The notes under the pieces: generated by a model
The model's database searches: none
What the model was told of the DNA's origin: nothing
What the model saw: the letters and a program-made list of their open reading frames with translations, nothing else
Origin: a virus
Lineage: Duplodnaviria > Caudoviricetes
Length of the DNA stretch: 40,974 nucleotides
Direction: 5' to 3' (one strand)
Virus record (IMG/VR): IMGVR_UViG_3300032253_000228
Location: 1 to 40,974 of that record
Shown: positions 19,433 to 27,539 of the stretch, piece after piece
Numbering within the stretch: the first letter of the stretch is position 1
How the letters are laid out: every line of letters starts with the position of its first letter
Program-made: the position numbers and the translations under genes

Positions 19433-20116
19433 CTATTGCGTGAGTGTGCTTGATGCTGACCGAACGCTTTCGGTCAGTGCTTTTAACGCCGAGGCGATCT
19501 CTTGCGAGCCTTCGCCTTCTACATCTGCCTGTTCGTCACGAACATTCAGCAAACGCCAAAGGTCGGGCGAAGCTTTGCGGCTTGCCCGGTGAGAGAAACC
19601 GAGTTCGTCACGCAACGCGGTCTCTAAATCTTTAATTGTTTGAAAGCGGTCACTTGCTTTGACCGCATTAATAAACGCCTGATCATTGGCCGGAAAAGTC
19701 ACCAGCGAGATTTCCATCAGGTCGGTTTTGGTAATCGTGCGAATTTCCTTTTCACGGTCCCAGTTATCTTCGAGTGTTCGAAAACCAATCGACAGGCTGT
19801 CCAGCGCCCCGGCCTTCAGAAGCTCATAAGCTTCTCTGGCCTTTTGGACGCCGAGCAGAAGCCGGCCCTTTACATACAGGCCCTTAGCGTCTTCGCGAAT
19901 TTCGTCATAGACACCGATAGGCTGACGCCGGTCATGCTGCCAAAGAAGCTTTACTTTGCTCAGCGGTTTTGATGACAAGGTATCCGTAAAAGCCCCGTGA
20001 GCGATAATATCACGATCACTATCAACATTGCCAAAAACAGAGCCGTACCCTTCAAAGACGCCTTTGTCATCGACGCCTTTGAGTTCGAGCGGTGCATGAA
20101 TTCGTTCTTTGGTCAT
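19433..20116 (-). CDS. HK97-family prohead maturation protease
   Basis: FEGYGSVF, LLWQHD, LSIGF, EISLVTFPAN motifs. Confidence 0.96.
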   Translation of the reverse strand: MTKERIHAPLELKGVDDKGVFEGYGSVFGNVDSDRDIIAHGAFTDTLSSKPLSKVKLLWQHDRRQPIGVYDEIREDAKGLYVKGRLLLGVQKAREAYELLKAGALDSLSIGFRTLEDNWDREKEIRTITKTDLMEISLVTFPANDQAFINAVKASDRFQTIKDLETALRDELGFSHRASRKASPDLWRLLNVRDEQADVEGEGSQEIASALKALTESVRSASSTLTQ

Positions 20117-20361
20117 TTGTCCGCCTTTCTATCGAGCTTTTCCTCGATGCGGATAAGAAGTGCTTTAATCTCTGAAAACTTCTCTGATTGCCGCCGCTCG
20201 CTGGCAATAATTGCAATCGAGTTATCCTCGATATTGTCGGCGTTCAGTTCGACTTTGCTTTCCAGTCTGACAAAAGCGACCACGAGAGAAACCGCGACAA
20301 TTGCGGTCGTGGCGATATGTCCAACATTGATATGTCGGTCGAATTTCCATTGCTCAGCCAA
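20113..20361 (-). CDS. Single-TM coiled-coil protein (holin-like candidate)
   Basis: W..D..INVGHI, one TM helix, C-terminal RIEEKLDRKADK; ATGA-coupled to protease. Confidence 0.55.
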   Translation of the reverse strand: MAEQWKFDRHINVGHIATTAIVAVSLVVAFVRLESKVELNADNIEDNSIAIIASERRQSEKFSEIKALLIRIEEKLDRKADK

Positions 20362-20387
20362 GTGCGCCCCCTTAGAAATCAGGCAAT

Positions 20388-20413
20388 AAAAAAGGCCGGA
20401 TAAATCCGACCTC
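20388..20413 (-). terminator. Intrinsic terminator after MuF gene
   Basis: AGGTCGG-ATTTAT-CCGGCCT followed by TTTTT. Confidence 0.75.
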
Positions 20414-20433
20414 GGTATTAAATTTTGAAAGCG

Positions 20434-22218
20434 TTATTTGTTCCGAAGCTCTTCACGAAGTTGATCTTCAAAAGAGACTTCCGGCTCATCTTCGAACTGA
20501 AGGCCTTCGTCTTCTCTTATCTGCATGTCACCGATATAGTTTCCAGCGTCGTCAAACTCTTCAGTGATTTGAACAACCCGTTGTCCAGGCTTGGGGCCTT
20601 CAATAGGGTCGGACTGAGCAAAGCCAGCATAAAAATTGGCGTTTTCCGCGTCCCGTCCTATGATTTTACCAGTTTTGTCCCTATCGGGAAGTTTGCCTTT
20701 AGTCATGATTTCCAACAACTCTTCAAGTTCTTCTGGGAGCTCCCCTTTAACATAGTTCCCCGCCGTGTATCTTGCAAATGCCTCGGCAATAGCTTCTTTA
20801 ATGTTCCTACCACTGTATTCAGATAAGTTCATATAGAACCAAGTTTGCGCTGCGCTATTTTTTTGTCGTTTATTAAGCTCATCATACGAACTTTCGGGCA
20901 TCCGCTTCTTCAAAAAAAGGCGGCCGGCAACCTCCCTGAACCTTGAAATGGTTAGCGGGCTTGTCAGCGTATGGCCAAGTTCATGCCTGAAAGTTGTCCC
21001 GATAAAGCTGCCGTTTTTGTCTTTGGATTTCACCGACCAAGGTTGCCCTGCCGAATTGACGATCCTGTGTGTTTTTGCTATTTCCTCTGCCGTCGCCTTT
21101 GCTTTCAACGCAATAGCCCGAGGAATTTCAATGTCCAAAAATGAATTGTGAAAGGCCCCCGTAGCCTCTCCCCACGACCCTGCGCTTGATGCCATCGGCA
21201 TAATATTGACGTTCTTCGCAATATCAGGATATCCGGCTTTCTTCAGCCGAACCAACTCTGCCTCGACCGTCTCCAGCACCAAATTCATATTTTCTTTTGA
21301 ATGCCGACGACCAAAGATATTTCCATTAAACAAGATTTCAGGCTCAACCACATTGACGCCATATTCACTTTTCAGCCGTTCTTTCACGTCTTGCTGAGGT
21401 GAAGTTCCTTGAGCCGCTGCGGGCTCGTTGATACCTTCGACTTCATCACCCTTACCCGGACGAAAAGCCAAGGCGCAGCGACAATTGATAATCTCATGGG
21501 CTGGACCGCGAGGGTCGCCCGGGAAACGCAACTCAAAACCGCCAACCTTAAACTTGTTCCCGGACTTCCGACGCTGGCCGTCGGCCCTTCGATGAGTAGA
21601 CCTTGTCCGATCCCCCCGAATGGACATCCACTCAAATACACCTTCGATACCACTTGATTCAGCTGCATCGAAGGTTGCCGAATTTGCCGCCGAATGAGTT
21701 TCTGTTCGCGCTATCGTATTTGCGCGGGCTTTACCAATTTTACCCCCAACCCTTTGACGGATACGGGTTGCAATTGCCGCAACCCCTTCTCCGTTGGCTT
21801 CTCCTTTAGCGACCGCCTTCATAATACTGGATCGAGTTGACTGAGAGATTTGCTGAATTTTCCGACCACCAACAGACGACATATAAAAACGCGTTCTGGT
21901 CTCAAAATCGTCCAACACGTTATCTTGATCTTTTGTCTCGAACTGGTTCGATGATTTCAGGTCGTTGAAAAACCTGTTTCCGAAAATTGTATATACCCGC
22001 CGGTAATGCGGCATCAATATCTTGGCGAGTCCGTTTTCAAAACCTTCAACAGATCGAAGCGCCGCACCTCTACCGCCCAGCAAATAAGCCTGTTCGGCTT
22101 TGCTGGCCGTATTATCAAAAAGGCGTTGCAACCTCGCTATACCGGTTTTCTCAACCGCGCTCAGAACACGGGAGTAGCTGAGAAGTTCAGCCGCCCGTCT
22201 TCGCGCCCGTGCCTTCAT
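20434..22218 (-). CDS. MuF (SPP1 gp7-like) head morphogenesis protein with C-terminal zincin metallopeptidase domain
   Basis: RANTIARTETHSA, RTRSTH, PGDP, INCRC MuF motifs; then FRHELGH..SEY...EAIAEAF. Confidence 0.9.
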   Translation of the reverse strand: MKARARRRAAELLSYSRVLSAVEKTGIARLQRLFDNTASKAEQAYLLGGRGAALRSVEGFENGLAKILMPHYRRVYTIFGNRFFNDLKSSNQFETKDQDNVLDDFETRTRFYMSSVGGRKIQQISQSTRSSIMKAVAKGEANGEGVAAIATRIRQRVGGKIGKARANTIARTETHSAANSATFDAAESSGIEGVFEWMSIRGDRTRSTHRRADGQRRKSGNKFKVGGFELRFPGDPRGPAHEIINCRCALAFRPGKGDEVEGINEPAAAQGTSPQQDVKERLKSEYGVNVVEPEILFNGNIFGRRHSKENMNLVLETVEAELVRLKKAGYPDIAKNVNIMPMASSAGSWGEATGAFHNSFLDIEIPRAIALKAKATAEEIAKTHRIVNSAGQPWSVKSKDKNGSFIGTTFRHELGHTLTSPLTISRFREVAGRLFLKKRMPESSYDELNKRQKNSAAQTWFYMNLSEYSGRNIKEAIAEAFARYTAGNYVKGELPEELEELLEIMTKGKLPDRDKTGKIIGRDAENANFYAGFAQSDPIEGPKPGQRVVQITEEFDDAGNYIGDMQIREDEGLQFEDEPEVSFEDQLREELRNK

Positions 22219-23504
22219 TCGTCTTCGTCATCATTGACGTTAGGGTCAACGCTCTCGCCTTGGCCGTCATCACCTTCACCAAGAGGCACAAGCGTTGCGC
22301 TCTGAAGAATAACATCGCCGCCTTCGGTTGGCTCATAGCCGACCTGTTCACGCTTTTCATTAATGGTCAGGAAATCAACGTTCTGAACGCGCTCATATGC
22401 CTTTTGTCGGCGCAAACCCAAAGCTGGAATATCATCGAGATTGAAACCGAGCTTCAAGTCATCGCCAAAGCGTGGAACGAGCCAGCGCTGCAAGTCTTCT
22501 GTAAGCTCTTCACGGGCAGGAATGACCGTGTCTTCCCACAAACCGAGGCGGGCCTCCTGCATGTTGGAATAGGTGTTATCCCCTGGAATTCCCAACATTT
22601 GCGGCGGATAGCCGTAGACAACCGAAATTTCGCGGGCAGACGTGTTTTTACCTTCCAGAAATTCAAGCTCGCGAGGGCTGAGCGACATATTTATCCAATC
22701 AAGACCCCCTTCAAGCAAAAGAGGGCGACCCGCGTTTCTCGGGCCGCTATGACGATCTTCAAGTTCAGACTTCAATCTGACAAATTGTGCTTCGTCAAGT
22801 GAACCGTCATTTGTCATGCGCAGAGCGCCACTGGGGCGGGCCGAGTTATCAATAAGGGCCTTGTTCCAATCGGTTCCACCATTATGCGTATCGACAGATC
22901 GGGCCGCAGCTTCGAGCGGTGACATACCGTAAAAATCGTCAGTCGGGTTAAACGTTTTGCAATGCAGGATATCTGACCGGCCTCGCACGAAATCGACCTT
23001 GAACTCTCGCGTGCTCTGGCCAACCCGATAGATATAAGCTCCGGGGAAACCGGACGTTCCCGCCTTAATCGTCACGCGATCAGGGCGAAGGACGAATAGC
23101 TCCATCGGCTCGGCATCGGCCCGTTTTGGTCCCACAGCCTCGGAATAAGCGTTTCCGGCAATCATGCGAAAGGCCCAGAGATATTGCAAATAGTCACGAC
23201 CGGACATGATAGGATTTGGTTTGTTCAGCAAATCAAGAAGCTTGTGCTCCTCGATCTCAACGCCCCGCTTGTTGGTCAGTTTCCAGCGCGGTAACGCAAC
23301 TGCTTTCGAAATCCGGTCAATCGCGACATAAGCGATAACGTTTTTCTGATAACCCTCTTTTGCAAACTGCTCGTAATTGCGTTCTGACCAGACAGCTTTA
23401 TTCAAATACTGCATTGAGATCATGGGCCCGACGGCACTTGCCTTAGAACCTATATTCCAAACGGAATTGAAGGCGGGCTGAATGTATTTTCCAACAAATC
23501 CCAT
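22215..23504 (-). CDS. Portal protein, HK97 family
   Basis: GNAY, LRPDRV, YGMSPL, NAGRPLLLEGGLDW, LTINEKR motifs. Confidence 0.96.
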   Translation of the reverse strand: MGFVGKYIQPAFNSVWNIGSKASAVGPMISMQYLNKAVWSERNYEQFAKEGYQKNVIAYVAIDRISKAVALPRWKLTNKRGVEIEEHKLLDLLNKPNPIMSGRDYLQYLWAFRMIAGNAYSEAVGPKRADAEPMELFVLRPDRVTIKAGTSGFPGAYIYRVGQSTREFKVDFVRGRSDILHCKTFNPTDDFYGMSPLEAAARSVDTHNGGTDWNKALIDNSARPSGALRMTNDGSLDEAQFVRLKSELEDRHSGPRNAGRPLLLEGGLDWINMSLSPRELEFLEGKNTSAREISVVYGYPPQMLGIPGDNTYSNMQEARLGLWEDTVIPAREELTEDLQRWLVPRFGDDLKLGFNLDDIPALGLRRQKAYERVQNVDFLTINEKREQVGYEPTEGGDVILQSATLVPLGEGDDGQGESVDPNVNDDEDE

Positions 23505-23512
23505 TAAGCCCC

Positions 23513-24844
23513 CTAGAGTTGTCTTACTTTTGGCGCTGAAACACCGCCCAGCATCAGTTCGGTGAAGCCCCACACCAGCGCGTCAATTCGGTCAGGGCTG
23601 CCCTTGGTATCGAGCCCCGGCTCCCAAGTCACCATTTGATCTTCAAGCTCTGCAAAGCCGCCGACGTGGCTGATTTTACCTTGCTCATATAGCGCTGATA
23701 CCGGCTCAGCCCTTGTGTGCTTTCCTTTGCTCGCATGAACCGCGCGATACGAGATGTTAGCGTCAACAGTCCGGATATTCGTTTCAACCAGATCACCGCC
23801 GTTATTAACTTCGGCGACAACGCGGTCAGCGCTCCATTTGTGATAAGCGGCGACAGCAATTTCTGCCCATTCAAGAGGCGTATAGACGCCCGATAAATCT
23901 TCAAGAACATAGCCGCGCCCTTGATTATCAATCCCGACAACGATGATGCCTGTTTCATTGCTGCCCTCTTCCGCCGTGACCGCCGGATCGATAGCGACAA
24001 CAATCCGCACCAGATCGAGTTTGAAAGTTCCGTCTTTGTTGTGTGACCGCTCGTAATTAATTCGCGTTTTGTCCAGCCAAGCCAGTTTCCAAAGGGCACC
24101 TTCAGCCTCGTCAAGGATTGCCGCTTCGAGTTCCTGCCGTCCTAGCCTTGTTCCGTCGTATTTTGCTTTCAGGCGATCGAGGACGACTTTTGGCAAGTTA
24201 GCGAGATTGTCAAAGGTAGAGCCGCGCGTCAGGTGCGTATTCGGATCACGAATAACGTCCCGAACCAGTTTTGTAGGCCGTGGCGTTGTGGTCACGACAA
24301 CTTGGGGATGCGCTCCGAGCCGAAGCCCGAATATCAAATTGTCCCACGTCTCCGAATACCGAAAGGCGGCCAGTTCATCGACCCATGCAAAGTGATGTTG
24401 CGGCCCACGAAGAAGGTCCGGCTTATCTCCTGAATAAGTCGTCAGAAGGGCAACCTTGACGCCTTTATCATTGTAAACGGTTATGCGCCTTTTTGAGGGC
24501 TCATATTCGGCCCGAACCCATGGCGGAAAGATCGACAGCAAGCCGCTTTCACCTTCGACCATCACGTCACGGGCATCAGCTGCGGTTCGAGCCACCAGCG
24601 CTATTCGGATAACCTTTTTAATTTCGGGTTGAAAGACATTGATCCATTCGCGGCATGTCTCGGCGCCTGTTCTGGTTTTTCCGAAACCGCGACCGGCGAT
24701 GATCGCCCAGATCGACCAATCGCCTTCGGGTAATCGCTGAGTCGGTCTGGCATGTAGTGACCAGTCGAATTTCTTAATCAGCGCCCGCTTTTTAACAGCA
24801 AGTTCTTTTAAAGCCGCTGCGGCGCGTTTAAATGCCTTCGACAT
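23513..24844 (-). CDS. terL: Terminase large subunit
   Basis: Walker A AGRGFGKT, Walker B WVDE, TTTP, nuclease AIDPA and SPDRIDALVW. Confidence 0.97.
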   Translation of the reverse strand: MSKAFKRAAAALKELAVKKRALIKKFDWSLHARPTQRLPEGDWSIWAIIAGRGFGKTRTGAETCREWINVFQPEIKKVIRIALVARTAADARDVMVEGESGLLSIFPPWVRAEYEPSKRRITVYNDKGVKVALLTTYSGDKPDLLRGPQHHFAWVDELAAFRYSETWDNLIFGLRLGAHPQVVVTTTPRPTKLVRDVIRDPNTHLTRGSTFDNLANLPKVVLDRLKAKYDGTRLGRQELEAAILDEAEGALWKLAWLDKTRINYERSHNKDGTFKLDLVRIVVAIDPAVTAEEGSNETGIIVVGIDNQGRGYVLEDLSGVYTPLEWAEIAVAAYHKWSADRVVAEVNNGGDLVETNIRTVDANISYRAVHASKGKHTRAEPVSALYEQGKISHVGGFAELEDQMVTWEPGLDTKGSPDRIDALVWGFTELMLGGVSAPKVRQL

Positions 24845-25379
24845 CCGAGGTTTCTAACTGCTCGGCAAACTTCTCAAGGTCTTCGGGTGTCATTGCGAGA
24901 AGCTGTTCAATGTTGAAATTGACTTCTTTTTCTTTGTACAGGCCCAGATGGCGGCAGAGCTTATCTAAGGCTGCGACCTTGTCGTGAAGCTTGAACTCGG
25001 TCACTTCTATAGACTGTTTAACGGATGCCACCGCGCGGGCTTTATCTTCATCAAGGCCCGAGAAATTCTTGATTTTGACGCTGTTGTTTTCGACATCGAC
25101 ATAATCGGTGATATCCGAAAATGCAATTCTGGCAACCTCTTTGAGAACCCGCTCGGCTGTAATTTCCAGCTTGCTCGCGAGCTTTGCCTCCTGCCCCTTA
25201 ATGTATTTTTGAACCTCGGGATGATGCAAGACCCTGTAACCGGCATTGCGCGGTGAGGAATAACCGGCCCGCTTCGCTGCGGCGGTCGCGTTCCTATCCA
25301 CCAAATACTCGTCAGCAAACAACCGCATTTTATCGGTCATAGGCATATGAGTTTGTTTTTTTGCTTTTGGTCTGGCCAT
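24828..25379 (-). CDS. terS: Terminase small subunit
   Basis: FADEYLVDRNATAAAKRAGYS, KLHDKVAALDKL motifs; start uncertain. Confidence 0.94.
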   Translation of the reverse strand: MARPKAKKQTHMPMTDKMRLFADEYLVDRNATAAAKRAGYSSPRNAGYRVLHHPEVQKYIKGQEAKLASKLEITAERVLKEVARIAFSDITDYVDVENNSVKIKNFSGLDEDKARAVASVKQSIEVTEFKLHDKVAALDKLCRHLGLYKEKEVNFNIEQLLAMTPEDLEKFAEQLETSDVEGI

Positions 25380-25383
25380 GGTC

Positions 25384-25409
25384 AAAAAAATACCGGGGAC
25401 AAGCCCCGG
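25384..25409 (-). terminator. Intrinsic terminator in the late-operon leader
   Basis: CCGGGG-CTTGT-CCCCGG followed by TATTTTTTT immediately before terS. Confidence 0.75.
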
Positions 25410-25472
25410 CTAAGTCAACAGTGAGAGAAAATGGTGTCACAAACGTACACCCAATACCGGATGTTGAGTAAC

Positions 25473-25501
25473 AGAGTGCAGGAGAGGCGTCGGATGGTCA
25501 A
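25473..25501 (-). promoter_or_regulatory. Putative late promoter
   Basis: TTGACC-17 nt-CACTCT pointing at terS. Confidence 0.4.
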
Positions 25502-25510
25502 GATAAAAAG

Positions 25511-25577
25511 TTGCCTATAAGTCAATTATTATGTTGATTTGAATTTCTATCTTTGCTATTAATTGCCTATTAGGCAA
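25511..25577. promoter_or_regulatory. Two putative operator palindromes flanking a + strand promoter
   Basis: TTGCCTATAAGTCAA (25511-25525) and TTGCCTATTAGGCAA (25563-25577); TTGATT-17 nt-TATTAA with extended TG between them. Confidence 0.75.
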
Positions 25578-25578
25578 C

Positions 25579-25776
25579 ATGAAAGGCAAAAACATAATGC
25601 AAAAAACGATGACAATCGAAGTTCTGACCTCCCAGATAAAGGACATGAAAGATCAGATATTCCGCGCAGAGATGTGTGACAACAGTTATGCAAACTCGGG
25701 GCGCATGGATGAAGATCATAAGCATCTTCGGCGTCTTAACGATCAACTTGCCGTGCTCCAGAAGAGCGCGGCGTAA
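25579..25776 (+). CDS. Small hypothetical protein
   Basis: ORF right after promoter/operator; alternative start at 25597. Confidence 0.6.
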   Translation: MKGKNIMQKTMTIEVLTSQIKDMKDQIFRAEMCDNSYANSGRMDEDHKHLRRLNDQLAVLQKSAA

Positions 25777-25790
25777 CCCCACACCGGTGG

Positions 25791-26180
25791 GTGGCGGTTT
25801 TCCGGTTCCGCCCGAACAGAACCAAAGACCGGAAATTATACCAGCTAGGGGGAGATGACAGGAAGGCGCGTATTGTACGCCCCCGCGATATACCGAGGTT
25901 CACTGGGCCCCTTACTTCCGAAAATGCCCAGTCCAGGTTTAATACGTGTGGCGTTGAGAAAGCTATGGGGCTGAAGAAGGGCGAAAAAATCCAGCGTCTC
26001 GGCTTCATCAGGGTCATCAGCACCCGCAAGGAAAAACTACGAGAGATCACTCAAGAAGACGTCATCAAGGAAGGCTTTCCAAACTGGGCACCGTATGATT
26101 TTTGCAAGTTCTTGACGGAGCATTATAGGTGCCGGCCAGATGCAATTGTGAACCGCATCGAGTTTGAGTATCTGGATTAG
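25791..26180 (+). CDS. ASCH-domain protein, N-terminus divergent or degraded
   Basis: VEKAMGLKKGEKI..IRVISTRKEKLREIT..DVIKEGF..VNRIEFEY is an ASCH C-terminal signature; the typical N-terminus is poorly recognisable. Confidence 0.6.
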   Translation: MAVFRFRPNRTKDRKLYQLGGDDRKARIVRPRDIPRFTGPLTSENAQSRFNTCGVEKAMGLKKGEKIQRLGFIRVISTRKEKLREITQEDVIKEGFPNWAPYDFCKFLTEHYRCRPDAIVNRIEFEYLD

Positions 26181-26216
26181 AAAGAGGATATTTCTTCATT
26201 TATTTTAATTATATTG

Positions 26217-26245
26217 TTGACACATAGGCTCTAAGCGCCTATATT
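26217..26245 (+). promoter_or_regulatory. Near-consensus sigma70 promoter
   Basis: TTGACA-17 nt-TATATT with AT-rich UP region. Confidence 0.85.
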
Positions 26246-26259
26246 AAGTCTATCAGCAG

Positions 26260-26537
26260 ACGGAACATCGAGTTCCACCAGAAAAGGGAAAATCAAAATG
26301 GCTACTCAAAAAGAAATCGCACAAGAACTTGATCATTCAGCTGCACGTGCTGGATATTCCGCAGCAACTGGAAAACAGTGCTGGTTTCTAGCAAAACTTT
26401 TACTTGAAGCTGGTGATACTCCTACAACTTGGGAAGTTGGCTACGCAAATACTAACAGCGCACTAACAAAGAAAAAAGCAAGTTTTATGATTGACGAATA
26501 TCTTAACTAAAATTTCAAACGGAACATCGAGTTCCAC
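26260..26537 (+). repeat. 19-bp direct repeat ACGGAACATCGAGTTCCAC (26260-26278, 26519-26537)
   Basis: Identical copies with internal GGAAC/GTTCC inverted repeat, each about 20 nt before a start codon. Confidence 0.92.
26298..26510 (+). CDS. Small hypothetical protein (70 aa)
   Basis: RBS, first gene after strong promoter; ATGKQCWFLAKL motif. Confidence 0.8.
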   Translation: MATQKEIAQELDHSAARAGYSAATGKQCWFLAKLLLEAGDTPTTWEVGYANTNSALTKKKASFMIDEYLN

Positions 26538-26558
26538 TAATCCATAGGAGAATGGAAA

Positions 26559-26921
26559 ATGACAAACTTTTATTTTACACACGACGTTGAAGATTATGAC
26601 CACATCGAAGAAGATGCGGTAATTGAAGTTGCAGCTTCAAAAGAAGATATGATTTCAAAATTGCTTGCTCCTTATGATCTTGAAGAAGGCGAAAAGGCAT
26701 ATTTGATCCAACTTCGGACAAGCGATTGCTGGATCAAAACAAATGATGATCCAACCCTTGAAATGATTGCACCTTTCAATATGGATCAAGTTTATGTGGC
26801 TCACGCTCACCCCGGTGTAGAGGCTTATTGGGTCTCACCAACAGAGGAAGTTTACGGAATTTACGTTGGAGATCGTGAAGACTTATACTACCCCGAAGAC
26901 GCCGAAGAAATTTCAATTTAA
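26559..26921 (+). CDS. Highly acidic hypothetical protein (120 aa)
   Basis: AGGAG RBS; Asp/Glu-rich. Confidence 0.8.
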   Translation: MTNFYFTHDVEDYDHIEEDAVIEVAASKEDMISKLLAPYDLEEGEKAYLIQLRTSDCWIKTNDDPTLEMIAPFNMDQVYVAHAHPGVEAYWVSPTEEVYGIYVGDREDLYYPEDAEEISI

Positions 26922-26928
26922 CGTAACT

Positions 26929-26956
26929 GGCGGGGTAATCCCCCGCCTTTTATTTT
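26929..26956 (+). terminator. Intrinsic terminator
   Basis: GGCGGGG-TAATC-CCCCGCC followed by TTTTATTTT. Confidence 0.85.
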
Positions 26957-26968
26957 GGAGAAAACAAT

Positions 26969-27430
26969 ATGTCCAATTTAAAAGATGCGGAACTGATGAA
27001 AGAAATCCGGGAATTAGCCGGGTTTACCCAAAGTCAAATCGCCGATGTTCTTGGGTACAGCGGCAACAGAGCCATCCGGGCAATTGAAACGGGGGATAAA
27101 TCTATGTCTGGCCCCGCCCGAGCCGCTGCCGAATATCTGGCGCAGGGGTTGCTTGATGATGATATGAAATTGATAGTGCCTGAATTTGGCTTGTTTGAAT
27201 GTTCGGCCGGCGCCGCAGTTGGTGAAATTTTACTGCGAAATTATTTCCCGCGCTTTCTTGGAATTGTTCACGACAATGAGATGCCAGGACTTGAGAATAT
27301 CAAGATATTTCCAGACCCAATGTATCTGACAATCATCAACTGGCTGGACAACCCAATCCACTCAAACAAAGATACGATTATTAAGCGGGCCGCCAGTTAT
27401 GTCGAAGGGGAGTATCAACTCGGTAGCTAA
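26969..27430 (+). CDS. XRE-family HTH protein with C-terminal extension
   Basis: IRELAGFTQSQIADVLG..IETG..SGPA. Confidence 0.85.
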   Translation: MSNLKDAELMKEIRELAGFTQSQIADVLGYSGNRAIRAIETGDKSMSGPARAAAEYLAQGLLDDDMKLIVPEFGLFECSAGAAVGEILLRNYFPRFLGIVHDNEMPGLENIKIFPDPMYLTIINWLDNPIHSNKDTIIKRAASYVEGEYQLGS

Positions 27431-27436
27431 GTAAAA

Positions 27437-27464
27437 CGGCGGTTCAGCATTAGCCGAACCACCG
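27437..27464. terminator. Hairpin between convergent genes
   Basis: CGGCGGTTC...GAACCACCG imperfect stem. Confidence 0.4.
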
Positions 27465-27539
27465 TCCTAGACACATCCGAAAGGCAAATAACGGACGTGT
27501 GAGGGTTATGGGGGAAAACCGATTGAGTGTAAAGAGTGA

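Noticed and set aside
22209-22802. 197-aa + strand ORF opposite the portal
   Set aside because: Antisense shadow of a conserved gene with no recognisable motifs
9906-24844. Gene transfer agent cluster
   Set aside because: Head-tail genes are GTA-like, but linked integrase, repressor, replication and recombination modules indicate a true prophage
26260-26537. 19-bp palindromic repeats as a CRISPR array
   Set aside because: Only two copies, 240 bp apart with a gene between them; no cas genes in the window
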